Shown: positions 8,792-17,641, counted from the stretch's first letter. The stretch: DNA of 19,861 nucleotides from Candidatus Thorarchaeota archaeon (GCA_016840855.1 JAEORO010000068.1:1-19861), one strand, 5' to 3'. Numbers and translations: made by a program. The notes: generated by a model from the sequence alone, not told the origin.

Positions 8792-10282
8792 TTAAGCGAG
8801 TTTCGTAAGTTGTTTTGTTATCAATCGACCTCGCTCAGTTAATCCATAATAGGCTCTTTTTCTATTATCAAATGTGGTTTCAATTCTGGTCTGACTAACA
8901 AGACCTGTACTCCTAAGCTCTGAGAGATGTTGGTATACGCTAGGTATCTTTATTGAAATCCCAAAATCATCAACCAGAGTCTTCCAAATCCCGTATCCAT
9001 ATGACTCACTATCCACTAGAATTTGTAGAATTTGCCGCTTTGTCCTCCCTATCTGAGTCGTAAATTTTCTATCTTCTACTCTGCTAAGCAGATATTCAAG
9101 CTTTGACTGTCCCTTAATCAAAATGCGAGCAATTTCTGGATATTTCAAACCCATACCCGTTGCAACACAAACAATCGTGTCTGAAGGCTGAATCCTATCA
9201 GACCGCAACAACTGGCGCAAGGCTGCAATAGGCGTCGCAGATGCTGGCTCTACAAAAACTCCCTCCCGCCTAGCAATAGAGCTGACTGCATCTAAAGTAT
9301 CCTTGTCAGAAACTGAGATTGCAAACCCGTTTGACTCTCTTATAGCTCTTAGGGCTGTATGACCGCATGATGGATTCCCCATGCCTATATCAAGTGCAAT
9401 AGTGGCACCATCTGCAATTGGAATGATCGCATCTGATCCTTTCATGAAAGCATCAACAATCGGAGCACAGCTCGTTGATTGCACTCCCACCAATCTTGTT
9501 TCTATTTCATCAAGAACACCAATTTCCTGTAGTTCTCTCAATCCTTTCCAAATCATTGATAGATGTCCCCCATTTCCCATCGGAACAATCAACCAATCGG
9601 GTGCGTGCCAATTGAGCTGCTCACAAATTTCGAAGATGGTTGTCTTTACACCCTCTAGAAAAATTGAGCTATAGGCTTTGACAAAATAGCTCTGGCGACT
9701 TGCAATCTGTGCTCTCTCCATAGCCCTCTCGTGGTTCTTAACTACCTCAACATTCGCTCCATATGCTAGGATCTGGTAGAACTTTCCTGTATCAATATTC
9801 CCGGTTTGCGCTATGAATACGTTACTCTCCATTCCAGCCCTAGCAGCATAAGCAACAAGAGAAGCTGCAAGATTTCCAGTTGACCCACAGCACAATGATT
9901 GAAATCCCCTCTCCTTCGCGACTGTTACTTCTACAGCAGTGCCACGATCAATGAATGAACCTGTTGGGTTTGTTGTTTCATCTTTGATATACAATGTATT
10001 TAGTCCAAGGTGTCTAGAGAGTCTGTCGCATTTATGAAGATAAGTTCCACCCTCTCCAAGAGAGATTGCCTTTGATGGAACAGATACAGGTAGAAGTTCG
10101 GAGTACTTCCAGATACCTTGTTTTCTTGAAGAGATTGCTTTTCGATTGACCGTTTTCCCTACAGCAGCTAGGTCATATTTTATTTCAAGATAACTTCCGC
10201 AGTCTGAGCATACTCTTTCGCGAAGATCATCCTGATGCTCCTTTCCACATGTTGTACACTCAAATGATGATATGAATGACAT
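8792..10282 (-). CDS. Threonine-synthase-like fold-type II PLP domain lacking the catalytic Lys, fused to a C-terminal PadR-like wHTH
   Basis: N-terminal Zn ribbon, LGEGGT, NPTGSF-I-DRG (canonical SFKDRG), STGNLAAS, PMGNGG, TGMGLK; C-terminal YGYGIW...SVYQHLSEL...RAYYGLTERG. Confidence 0.85.
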   Translation of the reverse strand: MSFISSFECTTCGKEHQDDLRERVCSDCGSYLEIKYDLAAVGKTVNRKAISSRKQGIWKYSELLPVSVPSKAISLGEGGTYLHKCDRLSRHLGLNTLYIKDETTNPTGSFIDRGTAVEVTVAKERGFQSLCCGSTGNLAASLVAYAARAGMESNVFIAQTGNIDTGKFYQILAYGANVEVVKNHERAMERAQIASRQSYFVKAYSSIFLEGVKTTIFEICEQLNWHAPDWLIVPMGNGGHLSMIWKGLRELQEIGVLDEIETRLVGVQSTSCAPIVDAFMKGSDAIIPIADGATIALDIGMGNPSCGHTALRAIRESNGFAISVSDKDTLDAVSSIARREGVFVEPASATPIAALRQLLRSDRIQPSDTIVCVATGMGLKYPEIARILIKGQSKLEYLLSRVEDRKFTTQIGRTKRQILQILVDSESYGYGIWKTLVDDFGISIKIPSVYQHLSELRSTGLVSQTRIETTFDNRKRAYYGLTERGRLITKQLTKLA

Positions 10283-10292
10283 AAGCTATCAT

Positions 10293-10306
10293 GCCTATAT
10301 ATAGGC
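10293..10306. promoter_or_regulatory. Perfect palindrome overlapping the TATA element of a divergent promoter
   Basis: GCCTATATATAGGC in the 63-bp gap between the fusion gene and the ECF S-component gene. Confidence 0.55.
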
Positions 10307-10345
10307 TCAAAGTTATATATCCTATTCATTCTCGGCCATCCACGC

Positions 10346-10909
10346 GTGAATACCATGGAAATGGAGTATTTTCGACCTACACATCGGAGTTCAGCTGTTG
10401 ATATAGCGTTACTTGCTATTATGACCGCACTCTCAACAATTATGACTCTCGCAATTCAGATTCCTTATCCTGGGACAAGCGGCTATTTCAACTTTGGAGA
10501 TACAATGGTCATGCTAGGTGGACTACTACTAGGACCGATAGGTGGATTCATTGCGGGTGGATTTGGTTCCGCACTAGCAGATGTTATCAGCGGCTACACT
10601 TTCTACGCACCAATCACGCTCGTTGTCAAGGGGTTAGAAGGAATGGCAATAGGTTTCTTTAGCTTCAAAACCAAGAAAGTTAGCCGATTAAACAGATGGG
10701 ACATTGTTGGTGTTTTAGTCGCAGCCATTATAATGTTGATAGGGTATTTCTTGGCTCAGGTCATTCTCTTTGACATAGTAGTTGCAATCGGCGAACTCGT
10801 TACAGTCAACCTAGCACAGGTCACAATAGGTGGTGCTGTAGCGCTACTGATAGGCCCAACTATCAGAACATATCTTCGATCCCTAAGTTCAAATCAAATT
10901 GAGCCCTAA
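10346..10909 (+). CDS. ECF transporter S-component (vitamin uptake; HmpT/PdxU-like)
   Basis: GYFNFGD...LLGPIGGFIAGGFGSALADVISGY...APITLVVKGLEG; about 5-6 TM helices. Confidence 0.85.
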   Translation: MNTMEMEYFRPTHRSSAVDIALLAIMTALSTIMTLAIQIPYPGTSGYFNFGDTMVMLGGLLLGPIGGFIAGGFGSALADVISGYTFYAPITLVVKGLEGMAIGFFSFKTKKVSRLNRWDIVGVLVAAIIMLIGYFLAQVILFDIVVAIGELVTVNLAQVTIGGAVALLIGPTIRTYLRSLSSNQIEP

Positions 10910-11016
10910 GAAAACTCTTCGGAAGCGTGTATGACTAAGTAGAAGAACCTGTGGTGCGAAATCATTTTTTAGGATGACTCGTTATCCAAACGCGTGGTCA
11001 CTTAGACCATATTTAG

Positions 11017-12324
11017 TTGTTTAAACGAAAAGGGATGCCTCTGATGACTGACCGGCAGAAACTGAAAATCGATACCTCTCGTTTGAAAGAGATAAACGAG
11101 TTTCTTCTTCGTGAAGATAATCCACTTGTTAATGACCTTCTCAAGGTGATTGAGAGATACGGTGGCGTTGATGAGATAAACAAGCAAGCACGTGAAGCAA
11201 GGAAACTTGAGAATCTTATTGCTATGCTTGAAGCGAAAGACTCTGATTTCGTAAAAGATCTAAATTGGCTGCAAGATCAAAGAGATAATGAAGCTTTCAT
11301 ATCAATACCTGAATATCGTCACAAAGTGCTTGGTGACAAGGCTGACAGTACGAAATTTGATGATAGCTTTGCTGTTACTTTAGAAATTAGCGCGTGCCAA
11401 TATTTCCCATGGCTCATTGAAGAAGCGAAGCAGTCAATCAAGAAACAAGATCTCATGCCTGGTAGATTTATTCGTGTTCGAAATATGGCGGAGCAAACTG
11501 CCGACAATCAGGTCATCGCATTTGCTGCCGGAATGCAGATTGTTGGTGCATCATATGTTGAAACGCTCGACTCAAAGGGAACTTTTCCTGGTCCAGACGG
11601 CGCGCCTGTGAACGTTCACCTTGGTGGACCAGACACAATCACCGGGTATTTTGGAGGTGTAGGGATGCCTAATGATTTCCCACTTAGATGGGCTGATGAA
11701 TATCTGAAGTACTATACAAAGTACGGTGTGAAACAGGTACTCAACATCAACCCTGGAAGTATTTTAGTTGGTTATATGATGCACAAGCTCGGCATAGATA
11801 TGGAATTCAAGATATCTGTCTTTGTGGGAAATGACAATCCCTATGCATGTCTATGGACTTTGATGACGGCCAAACTTTTCAGTAGAGGTGATGGAACAAG
11901 TCCTCTTATTGGATTCAACCTTTCAAACAGTGTAGACAATCGAACACTAGAACTTGCAGCATATATTCGAAAGGACTTTGGATTCGAAGATGTTGTTAGA
12001 CTTGAACACCACATTACTGAAACCTACAAGAGTATTGTTCGACAACCATACGACCGTCTTCCAGAGCTTCTTGATATTGCAGATCATGTGAAAAACATCA
12101 GTGCAAAGCATGAAGGAGGAGTTCCTGAGCTTGATGCGCAACGCAAACATCCCAGCGACATTCTCGACTATTTCCGACGAAAGAGTGAGATTGAGGAACA
12201 GGGAGAGATGCCTCTCCTAACCCAAAACTATCTTGACAAACATCATGCATTGAATCGTACAGCTGAAGAACTGACCAGACGTGGTCTTACATTCATAGCT
12301 GCACAAAAGCTACATCGGAAATGA
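11017..12324 (+). CDS. Soluble hypothetical protein, enzyme-like
   Basis: 435-aa ORF with conserved-looking motifs (LEISACQYFPW, NVHLGGPDTITGYFGG, RLEHHITE, KHEGG); true start may be ATG 11035 or 11044. Confidence 0.7.
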   Translation: MFKRKGMPLMTDRQKLKIDTSRLKEINEFLLREDNPLVNDLLKVIERYGGVDEINKQAREARKLENLIAMLEAKDSDFVKDLNWLQDQRDNEAFISIPEYRHKVLGDKADSTKFDDSFAVTLEISACQYFPWLIEEAKQSIKKQDLMPGRFIRVRNMAEQTADNQVIAFAAGMQIVGASYVETLDSKGTFPGPDGAPVNVHLGGPDTITGYFGGVGMPNDFPLRWADEYLKYYTKYGVKQVLNINPGSILVGYMMHKLGIDMEFKISVFVGNDNPYACLWTLMTAKLFSRGDGTSPLIGFNLSNSVDNRTLELAAYIRKDFGFEDVVRLEHHITETYKSIVRQPYDRLPELLDIADHVKNISAKHEGGVPELDAQRKHPSDILDYFRRKSEIEEQGEMPLLTQNYLDKHHALNRTAEELTRRGLTFIAAQKLHRK

Positions 12325-12343
12325 TATCTACATAATCTTGAGA

Positions 12344-12362
12344 AGGGCTTTTGAAAAGCCCT
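12344..12362. terminator. Inverted repeat between convergent genes
   Basis: AGGGCTTTT-G-AAAAGCCCT. Confidence 0.5.
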
Positions 12363-12363
12363 C

Positions 12364-12834
12364 TCACATATCTGGTTGGAATATATCATCATACATGTCC
12401 TGTAGTCTAGTCTTGTGGACATCTTCTTCTTTTGCTAAGGTTTCAAAAACCGACCTATGATTTGCATTGCTTGTTACTTCAGAGAGCGCCTTGTAGAAGC
12501 TGTTTGCAGCACTCTCTCTCTTTATTGCTATGACCAAAATCTCTTGAGGTGACGAAGAAGGTCGAAGTGGAATATCGACGAGATATTGATCCAAATCCAA
12601 CTTCTCAACTTCTGCAACAGAACGACACGTGAAAGTTTCACATACTCCTTTTTTGAGTGCCTCCTGCAGCTTTTTCTTGTGGATGACCTCTTGATTCGCT
12701 AAATCTTTGAGTAGTTTTTCAGATGCTTTCAGCTCCGAGTTTTTCGCAGCCTTCACATAGAACTCATGTGCTTCCTCCTCCCTCTGAATGGCAAGGGAGA
12801 CTAGTTGCTCAAATGTCTGTTGTACTGTGGTCAA
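12364..12834 (-). CDS. Ferritin-like/rubrerythrin-family di-iron protein
   Basis: Duplicated AIxREE...FY...LAxxExxH helix pairs. Confidence 0.85.
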   Translation of the reverse strand: MTTVQQTFEQLVSLAIQREEEAHEFYVKAAKNSELKASEKLLKDLANQEVIHKKKLQEALKKGVCETFTCRSVAEVEKLDLDQYLVDIPLRPSSSPQEILVIAIKRESAANSFYKALSEVTSNANHRSVFETLAKEEDVHKTRLQDMYDDIFQPDM

Positions 12835-12894
12835 TGGTGTTCCCCATCCTTGGCATCAAGAATGTCCGTTTTAAGCTTGCTGTGCGCTAGAGTT

Positions 12895-14190
12895 TCATTT
12901 CTTCTGAGGTAGTATCTCCCTCATCTCAGATGGAAGGTACTTGTGTAGTGCTTTAGGAATTTCCACGCTGCCATCTTCTCTCTGATAATTTTCTATTATT
13001 GCGACCATTGTCCGCGGGTTTGCCATCATTGTGCTGTTCAATGTGTGAAGGAACCCTTTCTCAGTCCCTCCTTTCTTTAGGCGGTACTTGATATTGAGTC
13101 TAGTTGCTTGGTAGGCTGTGCAATTACTACAGGAACCACCCTCTCTGTATGTTTGTTGTCCAGGAAACCAGAACTCAAGGTCATATTTCTTTGCAGCTAC
13201 TATGCCAATGTCTCCTGTACAAACATTCACAACTCGGTATGGTAATTTCAATGCTTGAACAAAAGCCTCTTCGTTCTTGATAAGTTCCTCATGGATGTTC
13301 CACGAATCTTCAGGTAAGCTGAATACGAATTGTTCAATCTTGTTGAACTGATGCACTCTGAATATTCCCTTTGTGTCCTTTCCATGAGAACCAGCCTCCT
13401 TCCTGAAACAAGCACTCACACCAGCCATCTTGAGAGGAAGATCTATTGGTTCAAATATCTCACCCATGTACATTGCTGCCATTGGGTGTTCGGATGTGGC
13501 AATTAGGTAAAGGTCCTCTCCTTCAATCTTGTACATTACATTTTCAAAATCAGCAAGGTCTGTCACTCCTTCGTATGGTTCTCGTCTCATCATGAATGGA
13601 GGATAGACTGGAGTGAAGTCACGTTTAATTAGCATTTCAAGAGCCATTTGCTGCATTGCAATATCAAGCAAGACCAGTTCATTCTTCAAATAGTAAAACC
13701 TTGAACCTGCAAGTCTTGCAGCTCTAGGTATATCTCCTATATCTAAGGAGTCAAGTAGATCAACATGACTATGTGACTCGAACGTAAACTCTGGTTTTCC
13801 TCCCCATTCTTTCACAACCTCATTATCTTCTTCGTCTACGCCATAAGGTACACTCTCATGCAGTAGATTAGGGATACTCATCTGAATTCTTTTGAGCTGC
13901 AACTCACATTCAGTTGTTTCTTCTTCAACCGCACTGATTTTCTTATTTATAGCGTTCACCTTTTTGACAAGACTTGAATCATCCTTACCCGATTTCTTTA
14001 ATTCACCAATCTCTCTTGAGATCTTATTTCGCTGTGTTCTGAGGTCTTGTATATCCCTCTTCAATGTCCTTACTCTTTCATCAAGTTCTAGGAGATGGTC
14101 AAACTCTTTCAGTTTTTCATCATCTCGGCGACGTTTCAAGTTATCTCGAATAAGGTCAACATTGTCACGAATGAATCGGATGTCTAACAT
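12895..14190 (-). CDS. serS: Seryl-tRNA synthetase (standard type)
   Basis: MLDIRFIR start, N-terminal coiled coil, LIATSEHP, FRKEAGSHGKDTKGIFRVHQFNKIEQF, SCSNCT, HTLNST. Confidence 0.98.
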   Translation of the reverse strand: MLDIRFIRDNVDLIRDNLKRRRDDEKLKEFDHLLELDERVRTLKRDIQDLRTQRNKISREIGELKKSGKDDSSLVKKVNAINKKISAVEEETTECELQLKRIQMSIPNLLHESVPYGVDEEDNEVVKEWGGKPEFTFESHSHVDLLDSLDIGDIPRAARLAGSRFYYLKNELVLLDIAMQQMALEMLIKRDFTPVYPPFMMRREPYEGVTDLADFENVMYKIEGEDLYLIATSEHPMAAMYMGEIFEPIDLPLKMAGVSACFRKEAGSHGKDTKGIFRVHQFNKIEQFVFSLPEDSWNIHEELIKNEEAFVQALKLPYRVVNVCTGDIGIVAAKKYDLEFWFPGQQTYREGGSCSNCTAYQATRLNIKYRLKKGGTEKGFLHTLNSTMMANPRTMVAIIENYQREDGSVEIPKALHKYLPSEMREILPQKK

Positions 14191-14275
14191 TGGATGACTT
14201 CCCCATCAAAGTATAGTTGTCCTGAATGAATTCGGAGACTAGATAAGTTGTTTCCTTGGTCTAATTAAGATTCCA

Positions 14276-14929
14276 TCACTCACCAAATGCAGCAGATGGA
14301 CAAAGACTGTTGAGGGTGCAATTAATGCAATTTGGCTTTCGCGACTTACAAGTTAACCTTCCATGAGCACCTATTAATCGTGCATAGTCCCTCCACAATT
14401 CTTTTGGTAGAATCTCCATTAGGTCCTTCTCGATCTTCTCAGGTTTCATATCATGCTCGCTCAGACCTAATCGAATAGTTACACGCATGACATGGGTATC
14501 CACTACAATACCCTCGCTAATTCCAAAGACCACTGAGAGTACCACATTTGCTGTTTTTCTACTCACACCTGGAAATGAGATGAGTTCCTCCATTGTGTTT
14601 GGAACCTTACTATCGAATCTCTCGACCAGTAGATGAGAAGTTTCTATGATGTATCCAGCCTTTTTATTGAAAGCCCCAAGTGGTCGTATGATTTGACCAA
14701 TGGTGTTAAGATTGGCTTTAGCCAACTTCTCGGGAGTGGGATATTTTTTGAAAAGAGTTGGAGATGTCTTGTTTACGCCAGCATCTGTTGCACGCGCAGA
14801 TAGAATTGTTACAATTAACATTTCAAAAGGACTATGATAGTTCAGATATGTGACAGGAGCTTCGGGGTATGTTTTCTCTAAGATCTTGACAATTTGAACT
14901 GCAGTCTTACTTAGACTCATCATTTTCAC
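14276..14929 (-). CDS. nth: Endonuclease III (HhH-GPD, 4Fe-4S)
   Basis: PFEMLIVTILSA, FPGVSRKTANVVL HhH motif, VVDTHV, C-x6-C-x2-C-x5-C cluster motif. Confidence 0.95.
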   Translation of the reverse strand: MKMMSLSKTAVQIVKILEKTYPEAPVTYLNYHSPFEMLIVTILSARATDAGVNKTSPTLFKKYPTPEKLAKANLNTIGQIIRPLGAFNKKAGYIIETSHLLVERFDSKVPNTMEELISFPGVSRKTANVVLSVVFGISEGIVVDTHVMRVTIRLGLSEHDMKPEKIEKDLMEILPKELWRDYARLIGAHGRLTCKSRKPNCINCTLNSLCPSAAFGE

Positions 14930-14970
14930 CGTCTTCCATTTCAGGCATAATAACTCTTACAAGGAATACC

Positions 14971-16563
14971 TTATTCATTTTGATAACTCTCGGCTTTTTC
15001 TACTGGTTTAACAAGACCTTGTCGAGCAATCCATCCAAGGATTATAATATTGAGCAACAATACGATAACGAATAGATCACCTTGATAGAAATACTGGAAT
15101 ACAAGTCCTCCAAATGACGGACCGACAGAAGAAAGGAGATACACGAAAAACCAAAACACACTAAGAATTTTCGATGTGTCGTGTCTTGGAAGGTTCTTCT
15201 GGATAATGGTTAGTAATAACAAATACCATACAGCATCGTTAACTGATTTCAATATTAATGCAAGGAATGGGGTGGAAAAAATAGCTCCAAGTCCTGCAAA
15301 TAACAGATTAGCTTGATTGATCAATGCCATTGGTGCCCAATATGGAAAACTTGGTGATATGAGAAGAAGTATCACACAAATTGGCATGATGCTATAAACG
15401 ATCAACGCTGTCAACCGCTCACCACGTCTATCAGAAAATCTTCCAGTCCCAAGCAACACTGGCACTGATATTATGATGGTGAGAATGGTCATGAGGATTA
15501 ACCCTGGTATTTCGATGCCTACTTGTTCATAGATATAGATATACGCGCCGAATCTGAACAGTGCATCACTTATGGCGTCCAATGCTACAATTGCCAACAT
15601 TCCTGGAACCGTCTTGACGAGCAAGCCCACAGCTCTCTTATTATCTTGAATGAAGGATTGAATAAGTGATAGTCCTTCTCGTTTCATCTCTGGTGCTTTA
15701 CCCTCTAGAAGAGCAGCTCTCGCAAGTGCTCCAAAAACAAGAAACAATCCTCCAATAAGGAACATTCGGCGAAGACCTGGTCCAAAACCATCTACTGTAT
15801 TCAGAATGACAAACGCACCAAGAGTAACTACACCAAATATCCTTCCTGCGCTAAAAAGTGAAATCCCTAGTCCACCATGCTTCTTAGGTATATTATCCAT
15901 AATGAACGCAGTTGAACCACCCTTGAAAATATCCATAGTTGAAAAAAGCAATAGAGCTATGATAATCCATGTGAACTCAATAAAGATGCCCATTATCAAA
16001 TTGTATCCTGCCATCATAAGCATAGCAATTACGGAGAGGTGCTTTCTATTACTTACATCACCAACATAACCCCCAACCAAACGTGACACTGCAGAAACTG
16101 CAGCTGTGATGGATAAGATGGCTCCAATTAACCAATACTCCCAGTTTAGTACTTCAAGCAGATAGAGATTGAAGAATGCTCCCATGTAGCTAAATGCTGT
16201 GAATACCCAAGAAGTCGTAAGATATACTGAGTAATTACGCCATGAAAAAATTGTGCGAAGGGAATCTAACAGACTGGGACTCTCTTCCCTGACTTCATAA
16301 AGCCTCTCCTCGAACTTGTCGAGCTTCTCTCTGATTTCGTGAAGTTTCTTTTTCTCATCTTCAATTCTTGCTAATCTTTCTCTCTCTTCTTTCTCTTGCA
16401 ATGATTCCGGTAGGTCTTCCCAAGTGAGAAGATCCAGTTCAATTTTAGAGGGTTCATCATCCAATTCACGTTTGCTCCTATCATCAGAATGCTGGATGAG
16501 TTTCACTATTCTCTTGTCTCCAAACTGGTTGAAATGTGTACTGCCGTTCCAATTGCAACTCAT
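14971..16563 (-). CDS. MFS transporter with charged N-terminal extension
   Basis: About 12 TM helices; motif A variants GYVGDVSNRK and GRFSDRRGER; start uncertain and probably downstream of 16563. Confidence 0.85.
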   Translation of the reverse strand: MSCNWNGSTHFNQFGDKRIVKLIQHSDDRSKRELDDEPSKIELDLLTWEDLPESLQEKEERERLARIEDEKKKLHEIREKLDKFEERLYEVREESPSLLDSLRTIFSWRNYSVYLTTSWVFTAFSYMGAFFNLYLLEVLNWEYWLIGAILSITAAVSAVSRLVGGYVGDVSNRKHLSVIAMLMMAGYNLIMGIFIEFTWIIIALLLFSTMDIFKGGSTAFIMDNIPKKHGGLGISLFSAGRIFGVVTLGAFVILNTVDGFGPGLRRMFLIGGLFLVFGALARAALLEGKAPEMKREGLSLIQSFIQDNKRAVGLLVKTVPGMLAIVALDAISDALFRFGAYIYIYEQVGIEIPGLILMTILTIIISVPVLLGTGRFSDRRGERLTALIVYSIMPICVILLLISPSFPYWAPMALINQANLLFAGLGAIFSTPFLALILKSVNDAVWYLLLLTIIQKNLPRHDTSKILSVFWFFVYLLSSVGPSFGGLVFQYFYQGDLFVIVLLLNIIILGWIARQGLVKPVEKAESYQNE

Positions 16564-16668
16564 CCGAAACTAGCTTCGGATACATCATGAACGGCGTAAG
16601 AACAAGTGGAAGTACTAGCTGAGGCTATATAGAGGCCTCACTTTTCATACATACTTTACTGACTGTAC

Positions 16669-16701
16669 TATTCCGGGGTCACTACTGTCACCCCGGTAAT
16701 A
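16669..16701. other. GC-rich hairpin downstream of the 83-aa gene (terminator or 3' stabiliser)
   Basis: CCGGGGT (16673-16679)/ACCCCGG (16690-16696), extended by TATT/AATA. Confidence 0.5.
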
Positions 16702-16730
16702 CGCCGGGTCCATTGCATTCACCGTGGCTA

Positions 16731-16982
16731 CTACTCGAACAATAGCACCTTAATGTCGCCGTCCGCTGTGGGGATGGCCATGATTTTTTGTGTGCCGATG
16801 TCCGCTGTAACCACGAGACTTTCTGGTGGAGCCTTTGCATTAATAAGATTCCTTACTGCTAACTCGAGGTTTATTGCAACGAGTCTTACAGTTTCTGAAT
16901 CTGTGAAGGGATCCACCTCACGTCCGTTCTCGGGCGTGGTGATATCTCCGAATAATGGTTCGATTCTATGTGTTCGTATCAT
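16731..16982 (-). CDS. Small hypothetical protein, 83 aa
   Basis: GGAGG upstream of the ATG; globular alpha/beta-like composition; downstream hairpin. Confidence 0.65.
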   Translation of the reverse strand: MIRTHRIEPLFGDITTPENGREVDPFTDSETVRLVAINLELAVRNLINAKAPPESLVVTADIGTQKIMAIPTADGDIKVLLFE

Positions 16983-17213
16983 TTTTCATTTTTCCTCCAT
17001 TGCGGGTATACCGCTTTTTTTCTTTATATTACCAGGGTTCAGGAACTTGATCGCCTACTCTTGGGTCCATTTTTTATTTCTCTCCTCGAATACTTCATTG
17101 TTCTCTTATCTATCTCAAAGGTCGGTATTGGATTCACTCCCGGACCAGTTTTTCTTGGGGGGCTGGTTTCGGGTTCCAATTCTCCTTCGTTGTAGATTCT
17201 CTTTGTTTGACTC

Positions 17214-17641
17214 TCACACTGCAGAGAATGACAAGAATCCATACCAACCGTGCCAGCAACGATTCATTTCCACTGACATGCTTGCCCGCATACTCCTATG
17301 TCCCAGTCAGCATAACTGATGCTAACTAGAACGGGCTAGGATCTTCGCATGGCGGCTGCACTACAGTAGAAATGCCGCGCACAACACCGATTGATAGCAA
17401 CTCTAATGCTGCGCGACTCTTAGTCATACTCTCGTAAAGAGTCCTCATCCGGTCAGTGCTAATCGTCTTCACCTCCTTCGTCGCTGGTTGTTGATATGGC
17501 GGATCCACTTGCTACTCTTTGGCTACTACGGCCTATGTTTTTCTGTTTCATATTTGGCCGCCTACCTTAGACTAACTAGGAAGATAGATACAGCTGACAA
17601 AATCAGCATAACCTAGCTTCTGAGCTCAGTCTGCAGTGTGA
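17214..17641 (-). ncRNA. Candidate large structured RNA of unknown family (core domain; may extend to about 17025-17675)
   Basis: Perfect 12-bp closing helix plus about 12 nested helices found by eye; many are completed by G-U pairs only on the minus strand; no convincing CDS. Confidence 0.65.

Noticed and set aside
17000-17200. T-box riboswitch (serS is nearby on the same strand)
   Set aside because: No T-box antiterminator consensus, and three genes intervene before serS
16753-17319. 188-aa plus-strand ORF and other short ORFs in this region (16968-17195, 17039-17242)
   Set aside because: Antisense to the better-supported 83-aa gene or low-complexity; no recognisable motifs
17214-17641. 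Identity as SRP (7S) RNA or RNase P RNA
   Set aside because: The topology (paired ends, two 5' hairpins, long stalk) is loosely SRP-like, but I found no helix-8 CAGG/GNRA/AGCA motif, nor the RNase P GAGGAAAGUCC and ACANAANNNGGCUUA motifs, on either strand
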